Assembly (NCBI RefSeq): GCF_006345805.1
Contig: NC_043014.1
Span: forward strand, 4,774,001-4,838,000
Direction of reading: 5' to 3'
DNA length: 64,000 nt
Source of the DNA: Octopus sinensis
Taxonomy: Eukaryota
The translations under genes were made by a program, and so were the position numbers. This document shows positions 12,356-26,089 of this stretch, piece by piece. Each line of letters opens with the position of its first letter. Position 1 is the first letter of the stretch. The notes beneath the pieces were generated by a model, which saw nothing but the letters and a program-made list of their open reading frames with translations, was not told where the DNA came from and ran no database searches.

Positions 12356-12431
12356 TTATTTCCCTCTCCAGGATTATGTCTGGTGAAAGAGCGATCGGAC
12401 AGGAGTACAATTCCACCCTTCTTTGTGTTTC
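12356..12431 (-). CDS. Gene A candidate exon 2; donor mutated (gtgcgt to atgcgt)
   Basis: Paralogue of 286-361; position 12355 is t where all other copies have c. Confidence 0.45.
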
Positions 12432-12448
12432 CTTGGGATGTGTGTTTA

Positions 12449-12530
<82 letters not shown>

Positions 12531-12535
12531 TAGAT

Positions 12536-12586
<51 letters not shown>

Positions 12587-12676
12587 GATAGATAGATAGA
12601 TAAGTAGATAAATAGATTGATAGATAGATATGTATGTACATACATACGTAACTATATATGTGTGCATGTATGTATG

Positions 12677-12711
<35 letters not shown>

Positions 12712-12981
12712 TGTATGTGTGTGTTTGTGTGTATAGCACACGTAGTGTGTATGTATCTATGTTTTATATATGTGTCTGATATTGTCGCACCACTATCGAT
12801 TCTCAACTGATGTCGGTGTATTTACGTCCCCGTTACATAGCGGTTCGGCTAGAGATAACGATAGAATGAGCAATGGGCTTACAAAGAATAATTCCTGAAG
12901 TCACTTTGTTCTACTAAACGCTGTGCTCTAGCATGGCCGCAGTCAAATGACTGAAACGGGTAAAAGAATATATCTATATAT

Positions 12982-13032
<51 letters not shown>

Positions 13033-13454
13033 GATAAATGGAGAGAGAGGGAGAGAGAGATAGACAGAGAAATACAGTGATAGATACACACACGCATATA
13101 TTTGCTTGTATATATATATCTATATATGTTCACACACAAATATATTCTTATATATGTATATTTAGATATACATATATATGTATATTATATATACAAATAT
13201 ATGTATATGTATGTATATGTAGGCTTAAGTGTGTGCGCCTGTGTGTTCGTGTGTGATTACGTGTGTGATCTTATGTGTGCGTGTGTGCTCCATAGGAACA
13301 TATGTACGTGATTCATGCATACATCTTTACATCCATCCATCGGTACGTACATACATCCACATATTAATACATACATACGTAAATGTATACATACATACAT
13401 GCATATATAAATACATAAAGACATACATATATTAACACAAAATCCATGACTTAC

Positions 13455-13598
13455 CGTTTTCGATTTCTCCTCCATTTTTCCTATTCTTGAATCTTGATGA
13501 AGAATCACGATCGTCAGAACGAGAAGAACCCCAAAAGCTATGAGAGAAGAAATGGAATAACGCTGCGAAATATTCCTGGACAGTTGTGCGAAATCCAT
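13455..13598 (-). CDS. Gene A exon 1 (signal anchor)
   Basis: ATG, hydrophobic segment, ACG|gtaagt. Confidence 0.85.
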
Positions 13599-14714
13599 TC
13601 TGGTGACAGTTGTCGGTCGTACGTGATACTTCGTGTGGCTTCAACAAAAGATCGAGATGCGAGGTTTAAGCTGAAGACCTGTAACTGAATTCCACGTATT
13701 TATTGAGCGCACAACAACCCAGCTCTGGCATAGATCTTATCGTAAATTTATGAACCAATGCGATTGGTGGAACTGTAAAAGCGGGTGTGAACTTCTCTGA
13801 CAGGTTTAATTATTGGAAAGAGATGGTTTGATATTGTCACACAATAATTAGCAATATATTTTGATGAATGAGAGTCTCGTGTAAAGTGAAATGATTCCTG
13901 TTTCTGGATATATTATGATATATTTATTTACTAATGTTGTTATTTAATTTTATTTGTTTATTCTTGGGAAACTGTTTTAATATTCAGTGTGGGAAGTATT
14001 TCGTTCAACCAACAAATACACAGACACACACGCATACACACACACTGACACGCAAACACACACGGACGGACACACACACAGACACTGACACACACACACT
14101 GACACGCACACACAAGCACACACTGACACGAACACCAACACACACACACCTACACACACTGACACACAGACACACACACGCACACACACTAACACACACA
14201 CACATACTGACATACACACACACCAACACACACCCACACACACCAACACACACTGACACACACACTGACACACACACACAGATACATTGTCTTACACACA
14301 CACACACACTCACGCACAGACTTACACATTGACACACACACACTGACACACACACACACACTGACACACACACACACGCTGACACACACACGCACATACA
14401 CTGACACACACACATACACTTACACACACACATACACTGACACATACACTGACACACACACACACACTCCCACACGCACACATACACTGACACACACACA
14501 CACACACACACACCGAAACACACACACACACACACACTCACACACTGTTTTAATATTCAGCGTGGGAAGTATTTCGTTCAACCCACACAGTAATCGCAGC
14601 ACTTAATCTAATGAAGTCCGCTGTTCGGATTGGATTCTTCACAACAAGCGTTAATCGGATTAGAAAAGTTTTATGTGAATATCAAAATCAAAACCTACCA
14701 ATTCCCACCCACCC

Positions 14715-15345
14715 GTACATACATATATACATACATACATACATACATACATACACACATACATACACACATACATACATATATACATACATACATACAT
14801 ACATGCAGGCATGCATACATACACACTCACGTATATACATACACATATACATACATACATACATACATATATACATACATTCATACATGTATGCATATAT
14901 TTATACATACATATTTACATACATACATATATACATACATACATGCACACATACATACAGGTATACATACATACATGCATACATACACACTCACGTATAT
15001 ACATACATATATACCCCCATACATACATATATACTTACAATCACACACATATATATATACATACATACACACATACATACACACATACATACATACAAAC
15101 ATACATACATACACACACATACATACGTACATACATACATACATACATGTATGCATATATTTATACATACAAGTATGTATGTATACATGTATACATGCAT
15201 GTATGTTTGAATGTAAGCATGTATATATCGATAGACCCATATACACATACATACATACATACATATATACATACATACATACTTACATCCATACATACAT
15301 GCATACATACTTACATCCATCCATCCATCCATCCATTCATAAATA
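14715..15345. repeat. Degenerate (TACA)n satellite; copy at 43150-43700
   Basis: Direct reading. Confidence 0.95.
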
Positions 15346-15349
15346 CATA

Positions 15350-15700
15350 CTTGGTGGCTGCCCCCTCGTTATCGAGTATGGGCATTGCACGAAGGTTAAT
15401 CAACGTCGTTATCTTGCAATGCCTGTGCATGAAGATTTTTTTTATAGTGAGGAAAGGCTGTGCACTGTGTCAATCCCAGTCACTAATTAAAAGCAGCCAT
15501 AATCCGAAAAGAAGAACAAGTCAACATTATCGGTAACCACTGAGCCGCAGGTTTATATCGGAGTTATCCCAGTTACCTGAGTTACCTTCTCCTAGAAGGA
15601 TGCCCTAACAAAGTCTAGGAGTCCTCCACTCCCAATGGTTTAACCGCCCGATCTGGTATTCAGTCCGATTATTTCTATGTCCCCGCGCATGACACAAACC
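15350..15700 (-). mobile_element. Probable 5' UTR-type fragment of an RTE-related retroelement; copy at 43713-44063
   Basis: The reverse strand has ...tagggcatccttctaggagaaggtaactc..., resembling a motif I recall from RTE 5' regions and RTE-related SINEs. Not verified. Confidence 0.4.
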
Positions 15701-16232
15701 AACCGGTCGATCCACGACCAACCGACAAACCAGCCAACCAGGTGACCCACCGACGAACCAGCCAACCAGCAACCAACCGACAAACCAACCAACCAGCCGA
15801 TCCACTACCAACCGACAAACCAGCCAACCAGGTGACCCACCGACCAACCAGCCAGCCAGCAACCAACCGACAAACCAGTCATGACCAACCGATCCACCAC
15901 CAACCGACAAACCAGCCAACCAGGTGACCCACCGACCAACCAGCCAGCCAGCAACCAACCGACAAACCAGTCATGACCAACCGATCCACCACCAACCGAC
16001 AAACCAGCCAACCAGGTGACCCACCGACCAACCAGCCAGCCAGCAACCAACCGACAAACCAGCCAACCAGCAACCAACCGACAAACCAACCAACCAGCCG
16101 ATCCCCTACCAACCGACAAACCAGCCAACCAGGTGACCCACAGACCAACCAGCCAGCCAGCAACCAACCGACAAACCAGTCATGACCAACCGATCCACCA
16201 CCAACCAGCCAACCTGCCAACCAGCCAACAAA
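15700..16232. repeat. ~91-bp minisatellite built from CCAA/CCAG/CCGA tetramers (5 units; 3 units at 44063-44382)
   Basis: caggtgaccc recurs at about 15739, 15830, 15921, 16013 and 16130. Confidence 0.9.
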
Positions 16233-16634
16233 CCTTTTGGCTGTTATTTTTATATAAACGTTACTGAATAAAAGATGGGTTGGTCACGACTGGATGTCTT
16301 CGATCATAGACTTGCTCGATTAGGCTTTCGTGAGGGCTGGACAACAACAACATTAACAACAACAACAACAACGTCAATAACAACCAACACAACGAAATAC
16401 ATTAAATACGACCGATTCTCTCTAGAATTAGGAACCCGGCGTTGTTTGCGTGAGTCTGGCCGAGGCATTTTGAAATAGCAGCAACATGTCGGGAAGAAGA
16501 AGGGTTTCCACTTAGATTTTAATACAGGATCTTTCGTAAACCTCAATCTCTGGTGCTGGGGTCGGGGGGTGGGGTGGGGGACTTTGATATTGCTGACATG
16601 TCTTCTCTTTTACCTTCGGCAATACAATGAAGGC

Positions 16635-16800
16635 TTTTGTTGTTGATGTTGGTGGTGGTGGTGTTGTTGTTTGAGATAGTAGTGGTGGTGGTGGTGGCAA
16701 TGGTTGTAGTTGTGGTGGTGGTCATGGTAGTGGTGGTAGTAGTGCTGGTGCTGGTAATGGTTGTGGTGGCGGTCATGGTTTTGCTGGTGGTGGCTGTGTT
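16635..16800. repeat. Degenerate (GTG/GTT/GTA)n trinucleotide tract; copy at 44785-44950
   Basis: Direct reading. Confidence 0.9.
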
Positions 16801-17029
16801 TACCTCCGACGTCTGCCCAATCCAAAGAATTCTTTTTTTGCAGTCATTTCTCCGTTCTTTTTCTTCATTTTTTTCTTTCTTTCATTTTCAGACACATTGC
16901 CTCTGAGATATAACGAAGATTCGATTCATATCGAAGTCAATTTTAATATTGGATTTACAAGTGCCCAAATCAGTGGTTCCCAACAGTAGTTAATTTGACA
17001 GTTGGAAGTCCATGTAAGATTGCTTTAAA

Positions 17030-17262
17030 ATCTATCTATTTCTTTACTACCCACAAGGGGCTAAACACACAGAGGACAAACAAGGACAGACAAGCGGATT
17101 AAGTCGATTATATCAACCCGAGTGTTTCACTGGTACTTAATTTATCGACCGCGAAATGATGAAAGGCAAAGTCGACCTCAGCGGAATTTGAACACAGAAC
17201 GTAACCGCAGACGAAATACCACTAAGCATTTCGGCCGGCGTGGTAACGTTTCTACTAGCTCT
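17030..17262 (-). mobile_element. tRNA-derived SINE with a Nin-type core; copy at 45187-45416
   Basis: tttatcgacc.cgaaa.gatgaaaggcaaagtcgacctc.gcggaatttgaac core; B-box gttcaaattcc on the reverse strand. Confidence 0.75.
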
Positions 17263-17440
17263 TCATCAAAATTTTAAAAAACTCTTTTGAAAATTTTCAT
17301 CAAAATTATGGAAAGTTTTTTGAAAATTTTGATCAAAATTTTAAAAAACTTTTTTGGAAATTTTGATCAAAATTTAAAAAAACTTTTTTGAAATTTTGAT
17401 CAAAATTTTTGAAAAGTTTTCTGAAAAATTTCATCAGTTG
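17263..17440. repeat. AT-rich ~32-bp minisatellite with palindromic AAAATTTT blocks; copy at 45417-45590
   Basis: A unit close to tcaaaattttaaaaaactttttgaaaattttga is repeated about five times. Confidence 0.85.
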
Positions 17441-19328
17441 TTCATGAAATACTGCAGATTTCGTTGATAGGGAATATTTTATCTCCGGATAGTTATCCAA
17501 CAAATACATACACGCACACTGGCACACACACACATACAAACACACACACACACATATACAAACACACACACACACAAACTGACACACACACACACACTAA
17601 CATACACACACAGACACAAACATACACACACACATTGACACACGCACACACACACACGCACACAAATATGCAGGGGAAATGCGGGCACTCACGAGCGACC
17701 GCAGTTACTGTTGGGGCACAAGGTTGAAGTCAACTCCTCTAGCGAAGAATTTATGAAAGAGAAATACCGAAGGGAGGTAACTCACGACATACTCCAGCCT
17801 GGCGCTCTAATGGCGTCACTTACTCGTTGTTGTTGACTATGTTTAAGTTAAAGCTATGGCTTTAAGTTTGTCCAGATATTCCCCTCTTCGGTATTTTCTT
17901 TTGATAACGACTGAACTGGAACCCGATAGGGAGCAGCACTGGACTGATATGCTGTTTTTGCCGCTTTCTGCACTGAATTTGCGTTTAGAGTTTGAAATAT
18001 GCCATTAGCACATTTTAACGAACCTGAAAATTGCTTATGCCTAACACTGAGCGCTAATACTGTTCACTGGAAACACCATGTTGAATGTTTCCATATATTC
18101 ATTTGTCAATTTGCATTTCGTGCTTTCATATTACATAATTATTATTCTTTTTCTCTAGCTTTTTCACAATCGAGCATTCATATGGCACGCAATTAATCGG
18201 ACAAAAAACGTGCTGCCACCCACAAATCCCTCTTTCCACGGATACCTTCGTTTATTTGGCAGCCATTCTACAAACTCCCATATACAAGGAGCAATCATGC
18301 TGGGTAGAGTGTGAAAGACTCAACATGTTGCACTGATTCCACCTAATGTATATTTTATAAGTGGTGTTCCTTTCTTTACTAAGTCGTTTATGTGTGTTAC
18401 AGTTATTGTATGCATGTATCTCGAAGCAAGTTCCTCTTCTGCGAGTTTGAAAGTTTTATGTTACAGACGGAGATAATTTGTTGAACTCGATGTTTTGTGG
18501 TGTTGCTGTAGATTCGGTTGATGCTGTTCCTGAAGTCTACTCATATTTCTTGGTGGTTTCATATTTTATTTTGGCACATCAGTTTTCAGGGAACGATGAG
18601 AGGCTGCGTGTGTAATGTGAGGCGAGGTTGTGTGTGTGTGATTTTTGTAGAAGAGTGGGAATATTTGAATATAGGTTGAAAATAGTTAATCGTGGGACGT
18701 GTACTTGTACCCTTGTCGAAAGAGTTTCGTGAAACACCTGACATGTAGTTAGGTAGTTAACATTTTGTGGTAGTTCTTCAGCGGATATCAAATATCCTTT
18801 ATTTGGTAATATCCGCGATTGGATTGCAGAGCTATCATCGCATCGATTGTAGTTACAATGATACGTATGTGAGTTGTTTTTTACTAACCCATCATGATTT
18901 AGTGATGTTAGTTATAAGCTTTTATCGTGTTTTCTGAAGATTGATCATGAAAGGGTGATATATTTGTACGGATGTTTCATTTGTGGATTGTTTTCATTTT
19001 AAGACGGAATACAACACACATTTAAACGAATCATCATTTTATTTCAAAATTTAAATTTGATAAACTGAACCTCATACAATGTATTCTAGAATCATTCCCT
19101 GAGGATTACATCGTTCTGTTAAGCTATTTGTCACATTCTATGATGTCTCTGTTGTTTCGTTTTGAATATTTTCTGAAAACTTGTAGCAGCAATTTATTTA
19201 ACGACATATATTAGTCGGATGAAATATTGCAAAACACAAATACAAGAAACGTATATGTTGCTCTATTATATTTTATTTTATGATTCGCCGATATAAATTT
19301 TCATATAGAAACGAATGTAAATTTCTAT

Positions 19329-19828
19329 TCAATATTTACTGCACACAATGCAGGTTAATTCTCGAACATTGACATACGGTGGACATGGCAATGAACCACA
19401 AGCAGCCTGAACGAAATACAGTAGAGCTCCATCTTCGTTTCTATAACCCGCTGGATCAGCTTCTGGTGCATAGTCCACACACACATATTCAAGTTTGCCT
19501 TTATGCCCGTAATGACCGGACATCAAATATCCCGAATACTCAGCTGTCCAACCAGCGTAACACTTTGTCCTGGCTGGTAACATCATAACAACAGCAGGTT
19601 GTCGTGTCAAACAGACAGCGCACGGAACGTTGTGATCATGAATTGATTCAGCATTAGCAAAAGAAAAGAGTTTATTAGTTGGGTATAATTCCAGTTGATA
19701 TTCACTGCCATAAATGTAAGCACTTTTTGTATCTCCTGTCGTATAATTGGCCCAAATGGGGTCGTTAGGTAGACACAAGAGATTACTTCCGCCACCAGTA
19801 TGGCTATAAAGTTGTCCACCAGCCACAC
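19329..19828 (-). CDS. Gene B terminal exon (C4-like domain)
   Basis: ttctag|GT GTG GCT; 500 nt, open, all family cysteines present. Confidence 0.92.
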
Positions 19829-20047
19829 CTAGAATTGGTAAGAATAAATCAAGTAAAAAAGATGTTAAGCAAAATTATATATGAAATAACGGAAATATTC
19901 ATTACAAATTGACCCTTAAAAGGAGTCATGTTTAGTCGTGTGTGAACGAATTGTGGTGTATATATGTTAGTGTTTATGTAAGTGTAAGCTGTGTGTTGCT
20001 GAATGCTTGAGAACGTATCTGTGCATTTGCCTTGTCATCATATGTAC

Positions 20048-20141
<94 letters not shown>

Positions 20142-20214
20142 AAGAAGCATCAATGATCTCCAGATGTAATGCGGTACGCTTGTTTCATGCAAATCCAATT
20201 ATATATATTGATGG

Positions 20215-20830
20215 AGAAAAAGAAAGATATTTTATAACGCATGCACTCGTGTTTATCCGAAATGGAAAAGATGTTCACGTGTGAACGGGGATATTTTGGA
20301 TGGTGGAAATTGTAGGAGGTTTGAGTAGGACAATACGGGAGACGACGAGATGCAGAGAAGTGGTGGGTAACCGTCGATGAAATGTTGTTTAGTCGATCAT
20401 ACGAGAGTCGGTGGCTAAACCTCTCGTTTAGACTCGGACGAATCAGGCTTACATAGACGTTATGATCACACAGACTTTTTTTCATGCAATACACAGAAAC
20501 GAGGTGGGAGGAAAAATTGTGAGGTTCAGTGATGGCGTAGTGCTTAAGATGAATGGACAGTGGAGTGGACGACCGATAAAGGATACGTGTAGGGTTTATA
20601 GAGAGTAGATTCAGAGCATTTTAAAGGAATGTTAGGTTGATTGGGGAAGCGGTTTTTAGCAGCAGTTTTGAATCGCAAGTTTCGGAATTACCTTACAAGG
20701 ATATACTGGATAAATAATGAAGTGATGTGGTGCATGAAAAGAGCAAGGTTTTAGCGATAGGACGATTTCGGTGAGGCGGAGAAGAATAGAAGTGCATTCT
20801 GTACTCTGTTGTGTTCTCTCACTAATATTT
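20215..20830 (-). mobile_element. Penelope-like element relic (RT and GIY-YIG fragments) in the last intron; copies at 32930-33550, 48350-48960, 60200-60810, and internally deleted at 4950-5160
   Basis: SILLRLTEIVLSL resembles Penelope RT. C..C..NVYVSLIRPSLNERFSHRLS...VTHHFS resembles a degenerate YIG..R.L..RF.EH...VA.HF motif. Confidence 0.65.
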
Positions 20831-21540
20831 AGTCTCTCTATATTTTACTTAATGAATAAAGTCCTCAGCTTTTTCCATCAGTTACAGTATGTGGCTTGTC
20901 CAGTCCTCATTCTACATTGTGCTTTCATTTCATTAATCGTTTACAGTCACTGTCATCAATTCAAATAGACTCTATTCAATTTAGTCCACACCTACGATCA
21001 TTGGGCACTCTAGTTAATGATAGTCAAGTGACCACTTTCAGCTCTGGTCACTCACGTACAATACCACCATCCGTAGTCAGTACAATTGATCACCAGTTTG
21101 CAGCCTCGGTATTTGATATCTACAATCCAAAGCTGGTCAGCCTGAAATTCTTGATCGCCATGGTGGTTTTCAGTCCAGCCCCTGTCTGTAATTTAACGTA
21201 GAGATATCTATATTCTGCGGTTAGACAACATCCTTTTCACTTGGTCCGTAGTAGACAACATATAATATTCTGATTTGACCAAATACCTACAAAGGAGTAA
21301 GCAGTCTTGTGTAGTGTCTGTATAGTCTACAGGTATAGACGTTTGAAACGTGACGTATCATAAAAGGATTTGAGAATGTTTATGTCAGACAACCCGACAA
21401 AGGGTGAGTGTGTGTGCGTGTGCGTGAGAGAGGGGGTGAGAGAGAAAGAGAGTCAACAAAAAGAGAGAATGAGAGGTATAAAAAAAGAACAAGAGGAAAT
21501 CAAAAGGGAATGAGAGGTCAGAAATATAAAGTATACTAAC

Positions 21541-21615
21541 CGTCATATACAAGGTTTGAATAAGGAGGACAAGTTGTTCTGCCCCACCGGGTATACAATG
21601 ATCCGAGACCGGGTT
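21541..21615 (-). CDS. Gene B penultimate exon (PGLGSLYTRWGRTTCPPYSNLVYD)
   Basis: tttcacag| ... G|gttagt, 75 nt. Confidence 0.9.
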
Positions 21616-22247
21616 CTGTGAAATTAAAATGAAATAATGTAGGTTAAAAGAAAGAATTGGGGAATCATTTACAAAGTAGGTTGTTGGATGGGAAGGAATT
21701 GATGGAGAAGAGAGAAATATAGAAGTTAAGAAAGAACGAGTGAATGAATGAAAGTCAGAACGAAAGATGTAAATAGTAAGAATAAATTGTAAAGAAAGAA
21801 AAAAGACATTTGTCTGTTGAGCCTGTTGGTGACGTTGATGTCAAAGATTTGAGAGATAAATCTCAGAATATCAGAATGTGTATCGGTCTCCGCTAGGAAC
21901 GGATGTATGTATGATACGTAAACTTGGGTATGAGTATATATACTTCTCAATAGAATAATGATAAAACTCAATAGAATAATGATAAAATATTCGCCAGGTA
22001 CGAATATTCATCGGTCAATTACAAATATCAGTTTGGAGCTCGGCTCAAATAAGGCCATCATAACTACAATATGAAAATAACAACCATACCGAATCATTTG
22101 TCGATTTAGTTAAAAGACATCGCATCCGGATCTCGAGTAGAGGAGTCCGTTCGATAAATGTATAGCACACCCCACACAATACCGGTGAAACCAGCAAGAA
22201 GCCTGGAACTAAATATGGGGTGCGTGGGGTGGGAGCACATAATTGAC

Positions 22248-24210
22248 GGTCTCAGGACACCAAAGCAGATCAAGAAGGGAACAACCTTTAATAATTGAGA
22301 ATTAAAACGTCAAAATTGTTAGATATAATCTGCCTGTAAGATATAAGCGGTGTCTCCTCTACAAAATTTCGTTTTTCCGATAGCGTACACTTGGATATAG
22401 GCTTGAAACTCCACTACGCAACTGTGGTGCCAACAATGTCTACACAGGTGGGATTAGGATACACTCAATCCCCAGCTTTCGGATTGTATTATGGAGTGAA
22501 ACCTACTAGGTGTGAGGGTTCACCTCTTGAAGCTAAGGCTGAATATGAAGGACCACTGTGGCTGCTGTAAGTATATGCAGCAAACAGCGAGGTCAAATAC
22601 AAATCCTTCCTAAGCAAATTCACCTCAGCTTTAGATATATTTGTGGTAAAGTCATTTGTCCTGCAAGGAGACTTCAGTGCACAACTTGGCACTGATAACC
22701 GTGAGAAAGATTGATTGGAAGGAATGTCGTCAGTGAACTTAATGGAGAGATCATAGCAGCCTTCTGTGCAGGATACACACTCTCCCCTCTATGGTATAGA
22801 TATTATTTTAAGACATGGATATTTATAAGGGTGCCTGGTATAGAGATACATGGTGACAGAGTTTTCTGATAGATTTCGGTCATTTTTCACTCTTTGCTGA
22901 ACGTTCGGGTAAAAGGAAGGGGTGGAATTGTCAACTCGTCACTACCTAAATGTCCAAAAACCTGAAAATTCCTACAGTCCGCCGAACACAAGAAATTGTT
23001 AAGTCCAGTGCAACCTACAGAATACAATTGGAAGCCGCAGTGGATACTGGGATCAGAAAGAAATATGTGGAGACTTTTGCATCCAGATTGAGAGTGACCC
23101 GCCTGAATGAACTTGGACCTCGAAATGGATTCGTGATTGTATTATTTTTTTCGGCAGGTTCTTCTTCGGTTGAACGCTTATTTGAGCTAAACTCACTTAA
23201 AAGTGGTAAAGCTGCTGGTGAAAAGCACGTTCGGCTTGATATTTTAGAAACCTTAAATACAGATGGTATTCTCTGAGTGACACATGTATGCTAGGTGGAT
23301 GGGACCTGTGGAAAACACACAAAGGCAATTGTAATATGGGGTGAAAATCACAATTTTTTCAAACAGAGACCAAAGAGTCTGTTCTAATTATAGAAAAGTC
23401 TACACTAGATGTCAGGGAAAGATATGTAGGGAAATTGTCGCGCCCAAGATTACAGTCAGGGACGCAGTACACCCGATCAGATAGTCGTTCAAAGATAGAT
23501 CTTCCAGCAAACGTTGAGGCATTTCCAAGAGGAATACGCTGTAAACCACGAAAAGGCACATGATCACGTGCCCTGAGGCATGTTGTGGATGGTTTACCAG
23601 GAAGGTGAGTTTAATGGGCAAATACAGGTTGCCATAAAGAACTTATATGGATGTTCAAATGATTGTATTTATGTAAAAGTCGAAAGTTTTCAACGTGAAG
23701 GTTTCACTTAGTTGAAGTGTGCATTGTTAGTGCCCCTTCTCACATTCTTATTTGTGATGTGGTTGAATATGCGCAGCCATTTTTGTAGAGGTATCCCAAT
23801 TCATCTCTACGTGATCGGTCGACTGTTATTTGTAGACGACATGCTGCTACCTGATTCGTCTGATGGTCACCAACAACGTGCACTGAATGGGTTGGCTGCA
23901 AGGTACCCCAAGGCAGGATTGACAAATACGCATTGTGTAGGAAAGTGGAACATCATTATTGCGGGTCTATGTTCACGAATGATTGGAAGCAGAAGAGTGG
24001 ACAGAATGCTGAATTGTAGATATAAACGCAGTGAAGCGCCAGCTCGGGCATTTGATTCTCAGATGAAGAGGGCATTCCATACTTATCGTATGCAAGCCGG
24101 CGGGGCTCGCTCTGAGCACTCCAATTTTTTCATGGTGAACGTACCGTTCGCCTCGGACACTCGGCGAAGAGTGTACTCGGAGGATACTTGCGAGCCGAAA
24201 TAATTCTCGA
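22248..24210 (+). mobile_element. RTE LINE relic, gene B copy (longer 3' end than in A, C and E)
   Basis: Paralogue of 6580-8400; ORF fragments LKSGKAAGEK and LLFVDDMLL. Confidence 0.85.
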
Positions 24211-25224
24211 CGTGGCACTGCATATGTACTCATATACACACAATAAATGGCATAGTATATTAAAGTAACATTTTATTTAGGAAATTATTGTAAAGTAGAA
24301 CATGTTTCGAAATAAATTCAGGCAAATGTCTTAGTATATATTATTGTGGACATATAGATGGTAATGTGGAACTAATTCAAAGTTGGTGAAATTATAAATC
24401 ATTAGTTAATGAGTCACGGTTAAAAGACTTTAGCCATAAAATTAGTTCTTACTTGGTGTGTCATCAGGTTTATCGTCGAGAGATTTCTTAGAGATGAAAC
24501 GGTTCTGTGAAAAAATAGAAATAGCATCATATAAATAGAACTACAGGGTATTTATTATCGCTTAGAACTTAAAACAATGCAATAGATAACAACATATTCG
24601 GACAGGTATCATTGCCAACACTACCATCTCAACGCCTTAGGAATCTTCTAGAAGGCGCTTCCATCCAGTCAAACGGCTTCTTGAACAATACCAAACAATA
24701 CAACTCTGCATTTCAAATGACATCGTTTGGTGAAACTAAGAAGATAGATAAACATGAATTTACGACGACGTCAAAGTTCAAGGGCAAGTCTATCCCCTCA
24801 TTGGTTCTCTTGTACCCGCGAATGAACAACGACAGTTCCTCCAAATGTACTCTATGAGTAATGTAGGACAAGAAACCCGACTTGAGGTGTCAAAATTTCC
24901 GATGATGGGTCGTGTTAAACACAGCGCACACTGCTGCAAAGGAGAGTATATCCACTGACAGCTTTTCGGTGCGTTCAAAAATCACAGAAACCCCACCTCC
25001 AATTTTGCATGAAAGGTTAGGGCCTGAAACACTCCAAACGGACGCATAGCATGTTGCTTAGTCGAATTAGCCCAGCATTTACTCGACAAATGTTTTGATG
25101 TCAATGTTGCACTTTCCCATATCTCCTGTTTCAAAATGACTGGAATATATTATATACCAACTTTGCCATTTGAATCCCCAGCAATGCCGGGTATGTCTGC
25201 TAGTACACACACACACACACACAG

Positions 25225-25257
<33 letters not shown>

Positions 25258-25269
25258 CACACATATTTC

Positions 25270-25321
<52 letters not shown>

Positions 25322-25413
25322 TAATAAATATAAGGGTAGCAAAAATTCTAGAAAAAATTCTCTGCTACCAGCGGTCTAGTGACAAAGGAAAGATAGTCAA
25401 AGACTATATACCA

Positions 25414-25874
25414 TACATTCAACAATATACGGAATGGCCATAATAGGACATTCGACTCACTAGAAAGAGCAGCCAAACTCAAACCTTTAATTAGTTGTAA
25501 TTCTGAAATAGAAAGGTAAATAAAAACGGTTACCCCTTTCATCTCTGGACTATGCATAGATTCTGCAAACTTTGTAAACAAATTAATTAAATTAAATATA
25601 TTTACATCTGGCGTGCCTCGTCAGCAGAGAAGCCTATGATGAGTATATGTCCACGAGGCGATGGTAAAGAAGCCTCCAGTCCATATGCTCTAAATTTTCA
25701 AAATTCTACCGCAATCGCGATGTCTTCTCAGCAGCAAATATAAACTGCTGATTTAATTTCAAAATTAGCCAAAAAATCATTAATTAATAAATATTAGGGT
25801 ATTTAGCGGTTTCAGTTTGGCTGCTCTTTCTAGTAAGTCGAATGTCCTATTATGACCATTCCTTATATTGTTGA

Positions 25875-25879
<5 letters not shown>
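25414..25879. mobile_element. Element with ~72-bp terminal inverted repeats inserted in (TA)n; unique to gene B
   Basis: tacattcaacaatat..ggaatgg.cataataggacattcgact.actagaaagagcagccaaact at 25414-25485 is mirrored at 25808-25879. Confidence 0.8.
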
Positions 25880-25967
<88 letters not shown>

Positions 25968-26089
25968 TATTTACATGTATATATATAGTTAAATTTAATG
26001 CAAACAAGAAAGCACAAAAATACAACAACGCGAGGACGTGGAACAAATATAGTATTATTGGACGCTCGGGAAAGAAGGACAGAAGGAGG

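Noticed and set aside
15700-16232. CRISPR-like regularly spaced repeat and WLVG-rich ORFs
   Set aside because: No unique spacers and a eukaryotic context; it is a minisatellite.
16512-16906. Poly-Thr, poly-His and poly-Val ORFs
   Set aside because: Trinucleotide simple repeat open in several frames, with no splice or homology support.
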